In this document: positions 10,650 to 20,219 of the stretch, piece by piece
Layout of the letters: every line of letters starts with the position of its first letter
Numbering within the stretch: the stretch's first letter is position 1
From: Calditrichia bacterium
GTDB lineage: Bacteria > Calditrichota > Calditrichia > RBG-13-44-9 > J075
Reading direction: 5' to 3'
Assembly (NCBI GenBank): GCA_050633245.1
Contig: JBOEGD010000001.1
Coordinates: forward strand, 1-64,000
Length of the DNA stretch: 64,000 nt
The notes under the pieces: generated by a model
Told to the model about the DNA's origin: nothing
Databases searched by the model: none
What the model saw: the letters and a program-made list of their open reading frames with translations, nothing else
Translations under genes and position numbers: made by a program

Positions 10650-10961
10650 CCGGATGTGTGTAAAAAGTCCATTTTGCTACAATTTTAGGTAGATTCTTAC
10701 TGCTGGTTCAAGAATGCCATTGTCTGAGAAAGCCAAATATAATGCAGAAAAACAGCGAAGTTTAAAAAAAATCGATAATCTTGGCAGATGCCCCACCGAT
10801 AATCTGTTCAACCCCGAATAAGTGATCGGGTAAAGAAATAAACCAAGGGTGTTGAGAAATGAGGCGGAAGATAGACGAAAAAATGGAAAAGGTCGAATTA
10901 TCAGACACCTTTTATTTTTCGATTTCTCTTAAAGTGCTGTTTTTCCTTGGTTAATGGTTTT

Positions 10962-10977
10962 TGGCATTGTGTTTGTA
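10962..10977 (+). promoter_or_regulatory. Putative sigma-54 (-24/-12) promoter of pilus cluster 1
   Basis: TGGCAT-TGTGT-TTGTA: GG followed by exactly 10 nt, then GT instead of GC. Confidence 0.5.
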
Positions 10978-11099
10978 TTCTAGCTGGACAAGTTCATAAG
11001 GAAGTGCAACTTAAAATGGTGGTTTAAATGTTTTTTTTAGCTGTATTCTCAAATAACCCAAATAACTACTTATTATCATCAACAGGGAGGTAGATCCTC

Positions 11100-11537
11100 A
11101 TGGGTCAACAACAACTCTTACTCATCGTTCTAGGCGTTATCGTTGTAGGTATCGCAATTGCTGTAGGTGTGACTATGTTCCAAAGTAACGCTATCGAATC
11201 TAATCGACAGGCTGTTATCAGTGATCTGGTAAACTACGCATCCAAAGCTCAGCGTTTTTATCGCACTCCGTCTCAGCTTGGCGGCGGTTCACAGAGCTTC
11301 GACGATTTCTACATCAGTCCAATTGACACCGGTAATGCTAACGGTTCATACAGTGCAGGTACAACTGCCCCATCAGGCACCGCTTTTGTAGCTGGAAGTA
11401 CAACTGCTGTCGCAAGTAGCGCAGGAACAGTGTATCTGGTTGGCTGCGGTAAAGAAGTTGGCGATGACGGTTCGAATGTTGTAAAAGTGGCTGTCACAGT
11501 AACACCGACGGACATCAGCACGAACATTCTTAACTAA
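11100..11537 (+). CDS. Major type IV pilin-like protein (MGQQQLLL family), cluster 1
   Basis: 145 aa; N-terminal hydrophobic helix then amphipathic helix; first gene before pilC/pilB; GGAGG RBS; followed by a hairpin. Confidence 0.8.
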   Translation: MGQQQLLLIVLGVIVVGIAIAVGVTMFQSNAIESNRQAVISDLVNYASKAQRFYRTPSQLGGGSQSFDDFYISPIDTGNANGSYSAGTTAPSGTAFVAGSTTAVASSAGTVYLVGCGKEVGDDGSNVVKVAVTVTPTDISTNILN

Positions 11538-11552
11538 TCTGATTCGTTTTTT

Positions 11553-11587
11553 GCCGGGGTCGGGTGTTATATCAGGCTCCGGTTTTT
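11553..11587 (+). terminator. Stem-loop plus U-tract after pilin 1
   Basis: GCCGGGGTC...GGCTCCGGT-TTTT. Confidence 0.6.
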
Positions 11588-11615
11588 AACAGGATAACCA
11601 AATGGAGTTGGTATT

Positions 11616-12956
11616 ATGCCTGATTTTCGCTTTGAAGGTACGACAGGTGCAGGGAGAGCAGTGCAGGGAGTAATCGCTGCGGATAGCCTGTCGGAAGCCA
11701 AGATAAAAGTTCAGCAGCTCGCCATAAAGCACAAGGTCGCCATAAACGCTATCAAAAAGCGTAAGACCTTTATGTATAAAGTGCGAAAAGGGACTGAAGC
11801 CCCAGTTTCCGGTGAACAAACCGCGTTTAGCAAAGAAGAAGTTGAAATTGCGCTGAAGCGTCTTGGTTACACGATAATCTCGATTAACCCCAAGCTATTC
11901 GATTTTAAGATGAAGCCGCCGGCAACGGAGATTGTAACCTTCGTGCGGGTAAGCGCTGATTTGCTTCGAGAAAAATTACCCTACAATGAAGTTCTTCAAT
12001 TGTTAATGAACGATATTGAGAACAATACTCTCAAAAGCGCGATCAAGGAAATTAATAACGATCTCCGCCAGGGTAAAGACAGTGAGGAAGCATTTATTAA
12101 GCAGGAACGCGTACTGGGACGATTTACGGCACGCATGCTTGGCCTGGCCTCAAAAAGTGGTAACATGGCGGATATTTATGATAGCACTGCAAAGTTTTTG
12201 GAAAGAGATGCGGAATTTAAAAGAAATTTAAAAAGTGCATTGATAACTCCCTTGTTCACTCTGGCAATTCTGTTTGGGGCGTGCTTTTTTTACATTGCTT
12301 ATATCTTCCCCGAGACGGCAAAGCTATTTCTAAAGCTGGGATCCGGTTTACCTCCGTTGACAACCGCAACATTGGCATTTAGTGATTTTCTGGTCGCAAA
12401 TATGTGGTGGATGTTACTGCTGCTGACGGGACTTATAGGAGTGCTTATGTGGTGGGTTAGTACTCCTAAAGGAAAATATATTAAGGATCGTTTTATAATT
12501 AGAATTCCGGTTCTTGGGTCATTAATTCATAAAACGTCTATTGAAATTTTTTGCAGAGTTTTTAATGCACTTTATAGTGGTTCGGGAGAAAATATTGATG
12601 CTATCCGATTGGCAGCTGAAGCTTCCGGAAATAAATATATTGAGGAGAAGGTTAAGTCCGTTGCTATACCCATGATGTTAAGCCAGGGCAAGGGATTAGT
12701 AGAAGCCTTTGAGGCAACCGGAGTCTTTACAAAAACAGCGATCTCACGATTTAATTCAGGGGCAGAGACTGGAACAGTGAAGCGATCTGCGGAGCAAATA
12801 GCAAATTATTACGAGAAAGAAACCGTTTATAAACTGAATAATGCGATTGAGTTTATTCAGCTGATCATTGCAATGATCATTATGTTGGTCATTTCGGGAC
12901 TTACAGTCATCTCATCGGAGACGGCAATGATAACACCGAAGTCACCAATGCAGTAA
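11616..12956 (+). CDS. pilC: Type IV pilus inner-membrane platform protein (PilC/GspF family)
   Basis: Two T2SSF-like domains, LPPLT and RIPVLG motifs, ETG, three TM segments. Confidence 0.92.
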   Translation: MPDFRFEGTTGAGRAVQGVIAADSLSEAKIKVQQLAIKHKVAINAIKKRKTFMYKVRKGTEAPVSGEQTAFSKEEVEIALKRLGYTIISINPKLFDFKMKPPATEIVTFVRVSADLLREKLPYNEVLQLLMNDIENNTLKSAIKEINNDLRQGKDSEEAFIKQERVLGRFTARMLGLASKSGNMADIYDSTAKFLERDAEFKRNLKSALITPLFTLAILFGACFFYIAYIFPETAKLFLKLGSGLPPLTTATLAFSDFLVANMWWMLLLLTGLIGVLMWWVSTPKGKYIKDRFIIRIPVLGSLIHKTSIEIFCRVFNALYSGSGENIDAIRLAAEASGNKYIEEKVKSVAIPMMLSQGKGLVEAFEATGVFTKTAISRFNSGAETGTVKRSAEQIANYYEKETVYKLNNAIEFIQLIIAMIIMLVISGLTVISSETAMITPKSPMQ

Positions 12957-13001
12957 AGTGGTTGGGAGGCCATTTTGCTATCTTGAAAGGATATTGGGAA
13001 A

Positions 13002-14783
13002 ATGATACAAGACAATATGTATAAATTGGGTATGTCGCTGGTAAAACGCGATGTCTTGCCCTTTGAAACCCTGGAGCGCGCGCTTAAGTTCAAGCAGACC
13101 GAGCCCGGTGGTGGCAACAAAAGTCTTGCCCATATTCTTGTTAGTGATTTTGAGATTGATCATGATATGGTTTTTAAAGAGGTCGCCCAGCTATACGGTT
13201 TTAAGCATTTCACCTTTACGGAGGAAATGCTAACTGAGGATCGTATCGAGTTTATCCGCAAAGTGTTGGAACCACTTCCGGAATCAACCCGCGAGTTGAT
13301 GGTTCAGGAACAGATCCTGGTGGTGCAGCACGCCGGTACGACTCCTCTTAAGCACATATTTGTTGCCACCGATCCAACAAACAAACAAATCCCCAATGTT
13401 GCGCGAGCCGTTGGTGCCAAGCGCTACGAGATATGTTATATAAGCCCCGATAGCTTCGTTGAACTGCTTGATAAAGTAATGCCGCGTGAAAACGAATTCC
13501 TGAAAATGATGGAAGACGGCAACTTTGAAATCGATGTGGAAGGCGAAGACGAAGGCGATGCTGATGAGCAAGCCATTGAAGCGGAAATCAATAAAAGTAT
13601 TCTCGTTAATCTGGTAGAAGGAATGCTCATTGAGGCGGTTCGCCAAAAAGCCAGTGATATTCATGTGATTCCCAAAGATGCCACTACAACCGAGATCCAT
13701 TTTCGCATTGATGGTCGATTGCGCTTGTGGCATTCGCAGAGCGGCGTACGGCCCGAATCACTTTCCGCGGTTGTTAAAGATCGCTCCAGAAATGTAGATC
13801 GCTTCGAACGAGAAATGTCTCAGGATGGCTTTATTCAGCGCACAATCGATGGACATACTATCCGCTACCGTGTTTCAGTTGTGCCCATTGTAGGAAAGGT
13901 TTACAAATACAAGCTGGAAAGTATCGTTATACGAATTCTGGATGATCGAAACGTCATTACCGATCTTGATGCTTTGGGGTTTCACGGATCTGCGCGCGAC
14001 TTTTTCGTTAAAGCGATTTCGCAGCCCCAGGGCATGGTCATCGTTACCGGTCCTACCGGAAGTGGCAAGTCGACCACCCTTATTGCTGCATTAAGCTATA
14101 TCGTGACGTCTGAGATTAACGTGTTAACGGTTGAAGATCCGGTAGAATATGTTATTCCAGGTGTGCGCCAGCTAAAAATCAGCGGCAAAAACAATTTTGA
14201 TCAAGCACTACGCGCTATTTTGCGTCACGATCCGGATGTGGTGATGGTTGGAGAGATGCGTGATAAGAAAACTGCAGAAACGGCCATTAAGCTGTCGAAC
14301 ACCGGTCACCTGACTTTTTCTACGCTTCACACAAACGATGCTCCGAGTGCTGTTTCACGACTTTTTAAAATGGGTGTAGAGACATTCCTGATCGCTTATG
14401 CGATTAACATAATTATTGCACAGCGCCTGCTGCGCAGATTATGTAAAAACTGTAAGCGTAAAATGGGCTCGTTTGACCACAGTATTGCTTTGCGTCTTGG
14501 CTTCACTGAAGATGAGATTAATAATACAACCTTCTACGAGCCGGTTGGTTGCGACCAGTGCCACAACGGATACCGTGGACGTGCTGCGATTCATGAGGCA
14601 CTGTATTTTAGCAAGGAAATCCGACAGATGATCTTTGAGTCGGGCAAGGAAATTAACGAAGTCGCCATTAAAAATCTGGCAATTAAACAAGGGATGCTAA
14701 CGTTGCGTGCATCAGCAAGAGAGCGTGTGAAAGAAGGATCGACATCTTTTGAAGAAGTAGCAAAAACAACAAACGACGATTAA
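13002..14783 (+). CDS. pilB: Type IV pilus assembly ATPase (PilB/GspE family)
   Basis: ASDIH, RIDG, Walker A GPTGSGKSTT, TVEDPVEY, LRHDPDVVMVGEMRD, TGHLTFSTLHTN, tetracysteine CKNC/CDQC. Confidence 0.96.
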   Translation: MIQDNMYKLGMSLVKRDVLPFETLERALKFKQTEPGGGNKSLAHILVSDFEIDHDMVFKEVAQLYGFKHFTFTEEMLTEDRIEFIRKVLEPLPESTRELMVQEQILVVQHAGTTPLKHIFVATDPTNKQIPNVARAVGAKRYEICYISPDSFVELLDKVMPRENEFLKMMEDGNFEIDVEGEDEGDADEQAIEAEINKSILVNLVEGMLIEAVRQKASDIHVIPKDATTTEIHFRIDGRLRLWHSQSGVRPESLSAVVKDRSRNVDRFEREMSQDGFIQRTIDGHTIRYRVSVVPIVGKVYKYKLESIVIRILDDRNVITDLDALGFHGSARDFFVKAISQPQGMVIVTGPTGSGKSTTLIAALSYIVTSEINVLTVEDPVEYVIPGVRQLKISGKNNFDQALRAILRHDPDVVMVGEMRDKKTAETAIKLSNTGHLTFSTLHTNDAPSAVSRLFKMGVETFLIAYAINIIIAQRLLRRLCKNCKRKMGSFDHSIALRLGFTEDEINNTTFYEPVGCDQCHNGYRGRAAIHEALYFSKEIRQMIFESGKEINEVAIKNLAIKQGMLTLRASARERVKEGSTSFEEVAKTTNDD

Positions 14784-14796
14784 GGAGCCGCTTGAT

Positions 14797-15336
14797 ATGC
14801 CGGGTGGACAATATATAATCACATTTGCCGCGATGATCATGCTAACCGTTACGGTTATGAATTTGAATAATAACCTTGCCGACACTGATATTAATTTGTC
14901 GCAGAACCGTTATCGTCTTGAGGCACTTTCGATCCTGAACTCATATGCCGAAAAGGCCGCGGGAGAATATTTTGACGAGGCATCGACAGATAGTCTCAGT
15001 AAAAAAGAACTGTTAGACTTCACGCTGCCGGCAGCGTTAGGTGCGGACATTGGTGATGGTGGCAATATTGATGATTTCGATGACTATCATAATTTAGCAA
15101 TTATCGATACCGGACAAAGCGGCATTATTTATCGACTTACGTTTGAGGTAGAATATGTAAAGCTATCTGGTAATAACCTCGTTAAGTCATTGCTCTCTCA
15201 GGAGTATGTCAAGCGGATGACAATAAGGCTTACGGATAATTATACCGATCCGATTATTTATCGCAATGACGGGGGAGTACAGGTGAAAGATACTCTGACT
15301 CAGGAAGTAGTCTACGGGTATTGGTTTTATAATTGA
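14797..15336 (+). CDS. Minor pilin-like protein A, cluster 1
   Basis: N-terminal hydrophobic helix; DDFDDYH motif; paralogue of 29114..29650; operon position. Confidence 0.7.
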   Translation: MPGGQYIITFAAMIMLTVTVMNLNNNLADTDINLSQNRYRLEALSILNSYAEKAAGEYFDEASTDSLSKKELLDFTLPAALGADIGDGGNIDDFDDYHNLAIIDTGQSGIIYRLTFEVEYVKLSGNNLVKSLLSQEYVKRMTIRLTDNYTDPIIYRNDGGVQVKDTLTQEVVYGYWFYN

Positions 15337-15362
15337 TGTTTATTTGAAAGCAGGGATGCGAC

Positions 15363-16052
15363 ATGACAGGATATCTGGACATTTTAGGCGCCACTATGCT
15401 GGGCGGTTTTATTCTATTAATTGCCATGACGGCTTCAGACAACGGTATGCGGGAAGTGTATAACTACAACTCCGGTGCCATGGTGCAAAATAACCTTGCG
15501 CAAACCGCGCGAATCATCGAATACGATTTGAAGAAGATGGGCTTCGGTATCAGCGAGAACGATTCGACTTTGATTTTAGGCCAAGTCGATCACCTGAAGT
15601 TCGTTGCGCAGTTAAACCTTCGTTCAGACTTGAACATGGCTGTCCGCGGTGTCGGGTCGACCGATGGAGTGGCCGATACCGTTGAATATCGCATTGAACA
15701 AGACGAAATAATTGACTTCGGTGATACGACAGTTACCATGTATCGCGTTACGCGCAAAGTTGTAATTACAAACGTAACCACCGACTCTTCAGTGATCGGA
15801 CGAGTTGGCGACAATCAGGTCTTCATTTATCTGGATCAGGCCGGCAATGTGGCCCCCAGCCTTTCCGGGACCAGTACGATAGAGCTGTCTTTAAAAACCT
15901 TTGATCCAGAAGTGATTTTAAGCCCGGAGTTGGTGCATCATGATGTCGGAACAAATAACAACTTGCTGTTCAGAAAGCGTGAACTCGCGAGAATATTGCG
16001 CCCATCCTTTTTTCGTTCGAACAGAATTTCAGCTAAAAATCTCAGGCGATAG
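15363..16052 (+). CDS. Minor pilin-like protein B (PilW-like), cluster 1
   Basis: N-terminal hydrophobic helix; IEYDLKKMGFG resembles the PilW 'DiR.AG' segment; C-terminal KNLRR. Confidence 0.7.
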   Translation: MTGYLDILGATMLGGFILLIAMTASDNGMREVYNYNSGAMVQNNLAQTARIIEYDLKKMGFGISENDSTLILGQVDHLKFVAQLNLRSDLNMAVRGVGSTDGVADTVEYRIEQDEIIDFGDTTVTMYRVTRKVVITNVTTDSSVIGRVGDNQVFIYLDQAGNVAPSLSGTSTIELSLKTFDPEVILSPELVHHDVGTNNNLLFRKRELARILRPSFFRSNRISAKNLRR

Positions 16053-16061
16053 GAGGAAAAA

Positions 16062-17318
16062 ATGTTTGGAAAAGGTGCACTAATTGTCGTTATGGGTTTT
16101 AGCATTGCCTTTAGTATGTATCAGCTAAAGTTAAACTCTGCGGTTTTATCTACACGCGATAGTTTTAACGCGTATTATATGCGCACGCAGGTTCAACAAA
16201 CAGCCTTGAACTCGATCAATTATGGATTGAATCAAATGTGGCTAACGGATACGCTTTCAGCTACTTACGAGCTAAACACGGCACTTTGTTCTTCGGAAGT
16301 CGTAATATCGACCGATGGGCTGGATACGGTAAAGGTTGTTGCCAGGGCGTGGGGATCGGTCTTTAATCAGGATGAATTTGTGGAATTTGGACGCTCTATG
16401 CGTATGGAGGACTCAATTGTAGCCTTTTTTTCGTATCAGTTACCAGCATCACGATACTTCTGGTTTACCAATACTGAAGGCAATGTGTATTGGGTAACCG
16501 GTGATACGATTACCGGTCCATTACATACGAATGATATTATTCGCACCTATGGTTCACCGGTGTTTGAAGGCAAGGTTACAGCACAGGGTGGCATTACACC
16601 CGATCCCTCATTAGGTACGAGTAGCGCCGTTTATAATGGCGGTTGGGAAGTTGGAGGTGGAGTTAGTATTCCTACAGACGTCTCAACATTGTATGACGCC
16701 GCTGTTACAGGCAACAATGGCAATGCAGTAAATACGGTTTCTCTTTTTGATGAAACGGTTGAGCTTGAATTTCTTGATACCGGCGAGGTGGTTTCAACTC
16801 TTGCAGGTGAAGATCCAGATACTGTAGCGCTATCGGTTATTGCGCCTACCGGGGTAATCTATAGTACTGCGGATGTGCGAGTAAAAGGAATACTGGATGG
16901 CAGAGTGAGCATTTACTCTGGCCAGTCGATATACATTGATGATGATATGGTGTATAAGGACTCAGCCCGAGATAATCCAAATTCAAATGATTTACTCGGT
17001 TTGGTCGCGAACGATAATATTGTGGTTGCGGATAATACCGCCAATAATGAGAATGCTTATATCGAGGCGAGCATGATTGCCATGACGGGCGAATTTATGG
17101 CCGAAAATCATCGCAATCGCGACGTGTCAGGCACGCTTTATATCACTGGTAGTGTTATGCAAAGCGATCGTGGAGCAGTGGCAACATTCGATTGGGCCGA
17201 TGGTTCGATCCTTAGTGGATTCCAAAAAAACTATGTATATGATGAGCGGCTCCAGGGGGTGTCGCCGCCATACTTTCCATTTATCAGGAGTTTAAGCTTG
17301 ATTGCATGGTGGGAGTAA
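16062..17318 (+). CDS. Minor pilin-like protein C (PilX-like, large tip domain), cluster 1
   Basis: KGALIVVMG N-terminus, GPLHTN, beta-rich body, C-terminal YDERL..PPYFP..WWE. Confidence 0.72.
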   Translation: MFGKGALIVVMGFSIAFSMYQLKLNSAVLSTRDSFNAYYMRTQVQQTALNSINYGLNQMWLTDTLSATYELNTALCSSEVVISTDGLDTVKVVARAWGSVFNQDEFVEFGRSMRMEDSIVAFFSYQLPASRYFWFTNTEGNVYWVTGDTITGPLHTNDIIRTYGSPVFEGKVTAQGGITPDPSLGTSSAVYNGGWEVGGGVSIPTDVSTLYDAAVTGNNGNAVNTVSLFDETVELEFLDTGEVVSTLAGEDPDTVALSVIAPTGVIYSTADVRVKGILDGRVSIYSGQSIYIDDDMVYKDSARDNPNSNDLLGLVANDNIVVADNTANNENAYIEASMIAMTGEFMAENHRNRDVSGTLYITGSVMQSDRGAVATFDWADGSILSGFQKNYVYDERLQGVSPPYFPFIRSLSLIAWWE

Positions 17319-17345
17319 GGAACACTTTTCCAGGGAGGGAAAATT

Positions 17346-18584
17346 GTGACAACCAGTTCAGATATGGCGATGGAAGCAAGAGATTTACTGAATCGCCTAA
17401 AAAAACAGATACCGTCCTCATTATTGGAAATAGAGCGACAGTACTTTATTAATGATAAGATTCTCAGCAAGCTAACGCTTCCTGAAGTGGAAGCCTTACG
17501 CAACTACATGAATGATATTCTCATGCTGATGCGGGACTATGAAGCCTCTGATATAGAAATGGGTGGCTCCTCGGCCAATTGCCACATCTGGCTGCGCATC
17601 AAAGGAGAGAAATCTCCCGCGGAACAATTTGGTCGTTTTGATATCGACGATTTTTCTATCCTCATTCTTTGTGTCTTGGCCCCGGAGCAGCGGGAACAGC
17701 TGTTTGAAAAGCTAAGCTACGATTTTTCCTATACAATTATGGGTCTCGGTGATACCCGAATTCGCTATCGTGCATGCGTCTATTTCGAGCTTGGGGATAT
17801 TGCCCTGAACATGCGCGCGATTAACGCGAAGATACGTTCTTACGAGAGCTATGGCTTCGGTATGAATGTGACTAAAATGTTTAGCCTTGAACATACCAAG
17901 GCCGGACTGGTGCTGGTTACCGGAATTACCGGCTCCGGAAAAAGTACGACCCTCGATGCTATTGTAGATATGAATAATGAAACCGTGGAAGGACATATCG
18001 TCATTATTGCTCGTCCAATTGAATTTGTACATCGCTCCAAAAAGTGTATTGTCCGGCAGCGTGAAGTAGGAATGGATACGCTGTCATTCAAAAACGGCAC
18101 CATCGAAGCATTACGGCAGGACCCGGATATCATTGTCATCGGCGAGATGAGGGATTCGCAGACAATTATGTCGGCTCTGGAGGCAGCAGATAGCGGGCAC
18201 AAAGTCTTGTCTACCCTCCACACTTCATCCGCTGTAGAAAGCCTGGATCGCATTGTTGGAGAAGTTCCGCCGATTGAACAGGAACGCGTGCGCAACCGCC
18301 TTGCAGACACCCTAAAATGCGTCGTTTCACAGAAACTGGTGGTCGGAAGAAATAGCCAGGTTCAGCTGGTAAAAGAAATTTTGGTAATGACTCCTTCTAT
18401 TAAAGCTGCGATTCGAAATAACAATACCAGCGAAATTTATCAGATGATTTCCGAGGGCACGAAATACGGCATGATGACGCTCGAACAAGATCTGAAACGT
18501 TTTGTCAGACAACGTAAAATTTCGGCCGAAACAGCAATAAAATTCGCAAATAATAAGCGGCGAATGCAGCAATTACTCAACTAG
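17346..18584 (+). CDS. pilT: Retraction ATPase PilT/PilU family, cluster 1
   Basis: GITGSGKSTT, QREVG.DT.SF, LRQDPDIIVIGEMRD, GHKVLSTLHT, GMMTLEQDL. Confidence 0.92.
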   Translation: MTTSSDMAMEARDLLNRLKKQIPSSLLEIERQYFINDKILSKLTLPEVEALRNYMNDILMLMRDYEASDIEMGGSSANCHIWLRIKGEKSPAEQFGRFDIDDFSILILCVLAPEQREQLFEKLSYDFSYTIMGLGDTRIRYRACVYFELGDIALNMRAINAKIRSYESYGFGMNVTKMFSLEHTKAGLVLVTGITGSGKSTTLDAIVDMNNETVEGHIVIIARPIEFVHRSKKCIVRQREVGMDTLSFKNGTIEALRQDPDIIVIGEMRDSQTIMSALEAADSGHKVLSTLHTSSAVESLDRIVGEVPPIEQERVRNRLADTLKCVVSQKLVVGRNSQVQLVKEILVMTPSIKAAIRNNNTSEIYQMISEGTKYGMMTLEQDLKRFVRQRKISAETAIKFANNKRRMQQLLN

Positions 18585-18643
18585 GAAAAGATTAATTCGA
18601 CAATTAAGCCAGAGAAAAGACATAAACGCGGGATAATGGGACT

Positions 18644-20203
18644 ATGGATTCGGATCAAAAGTATTCAGGAAAACTTGCCGTCGGCATCTTTGTAGAAGAT
18701 ACTCTTCTGCATATCGTTTGCCTGGCACGCGAAGACAAAAAGACACGTCTGGTAGAAGCCGAGATTTTACAAATGGACGGCGTTGCGGAAGAAGTTGCTA
18801 TAGAGCAGGAAGTGCTTGCTGACGGTACCGCTGCGAATGATACGCCGTTTGAGTTTGCTGATGGAAATGCTGCTAGTAGCCTTCTGGACTCAGGAGGAGA
18901 CCTAAGTCTTGCCGCATTGGCAGGCGTACTAAATCGTTTCCCGGACAAGAAATACAAGCTGGCGCTCAGTTTACCGGAGCCCTTGGTTTATTATACAACC
19001 TTTGACAGTGACTGGGGTCTTAAAGGCACCAAGCTCAAGAAAAAAATCGTTGAAGAAATTACGGCTTCCCGTTCTGAAGGACAAGAGTTAAAGCCAGAGA
19101 GTATTCATGTGCTGCCCATGGCCGGTAGTCGTATTCTGGCAATTGTTAATGACGATGATTCGAACGTCATGGAAATCCATTCGGCGTTAAGAAGCAATGC
19201 AATGAAGCGCACACCGATGATTGATTTCGTAGAAACAGCAGAAGTTTCTCTGGTAAACCTGATCAATCACAACTATGAATTTAACGAAGATGAAATTAGC
19301 CTGGTTATCTATGTCGGTTCTGAAACAAGCCGCCTCATCTTCATGCATGGTAAGCAAATTTACAATGTCTCTAACCTGATTGGCGCAGGGCTGGATTCAG
19401 CAAATGTAGCCAATACTATCTATAGCCGTCTTCTACTGGAGCAGGATAATCTTAATTTGCATAAGATGGATAATATTATTCTTACCGGTGAAGCGTTCGA
19501 AGCTGAGCTGAAGGAGTTTTTGGTATCCAAGTTAGATGAGGATGTCAATATTGAGTATCTGAAGTTTAACAGTCTCGAAGTCTCCGGAATCGATCCATTG
19601 CTTTCGCGCTTTAGCATTGCGATTGGTGCGGCGTTACGCAGCCTGGATAAGTTTGATGGTGTCTATGATATCGACCTAATCCCCAAAGCGATTCGCGAAG
19701 GGCAAAAGTCTTTTAAACTGGGACCTGTCGGTTGGACGCTATTGGCATTAATCCCGATATTAACTTTTTTATTCACCATACAGGTCGTGGATCAACAGGA
19801 ATCGCTCAACATCATCAATTCACAAATTGCAACGACGCGTGCCGATATCGATAGTCGTAATAATGTGGAACCGGTTTATAATGCCGAGAAAAAGAAGCTG
19901 GCAGATTTTGATCGAACATTGGGGCTTGTCGATTCACTTTTGATCGGGGCTAAAGTCTGGAGTTCTGTTCTGCACAAGATCTCCCGATCAACAGCTAAGG
20001 TAAAAGGGGTTTGGGTAACAGATGTTGTACAGTCTTCGAAAACCCAACTACGAGTAGAAGGATATTCACTGTATCGAGATCGCGTGTCACAGTTTGCGAA
20101 CTCGTTAGAACACAACTCGAATTTATCAGAAGTCGAGCTAGAGAAAATTCAGGATAAAGAGGTATACAGCTTCATCGTAAAGCTGGACATACCTAAAAAA
20201 TAA
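18644..20203 (+). CDS. pilM: PilM-PilN fusion-like alignment protein, cluster 1
   Basis: Actin-like N-part (VYVG, IILTGE, IAIGAALR), then IDLIP, a TM helix, coiled coil and a PilN-like domain (VWVT...VEGYS...F). Confidence 0.75.
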   Translation: MDSDQKYSGKLAVGIFVEDTLLHIVCLAREDKKTRLVEAEILQMDGVAEEVAIEQEVLADGTAANDTPFEFADGNAASSLLDSGGDLSLAALAGVLNRFPDKKYKLALSLPEPLVYYTTFDSDWGLKGTKLKKKIVEEITASRSEGQELKPESIHVLPMAGSRILAIVNDDDSNVMEIHSALRSNAMKRTPMIDFVETAEVSLVNLINHNYEFNEDEISLVIYVGSETSRLIFMHGKQIYNVSNLIGAGLDSANVANTIYSRLLLEQDNLNLHKMDNIILTGEAFEAELKEFLVSKLDEDVNIEYLKFNSLEVSGIDPLLSRFSIAIGAALRSLDKFDGVYDIDLIPKAIREGQKSFKLGPVGWTLLALIPILTFLFTIQVVDQQESLNIINSQIATTRADIDSRNNVEPVYNAEKKKLADFDRTLGLVDSLLIGAKVWSSVLHKISRSTAKVKGVWVTDVVQSSKTQLRVEGYSLYRDRVSQFANSLEHNSNLSEVELEKIQDKEVYSFIVKLDIPKK

Positions 20204-20219
20204 CCCAGGGAGTGGAGTT

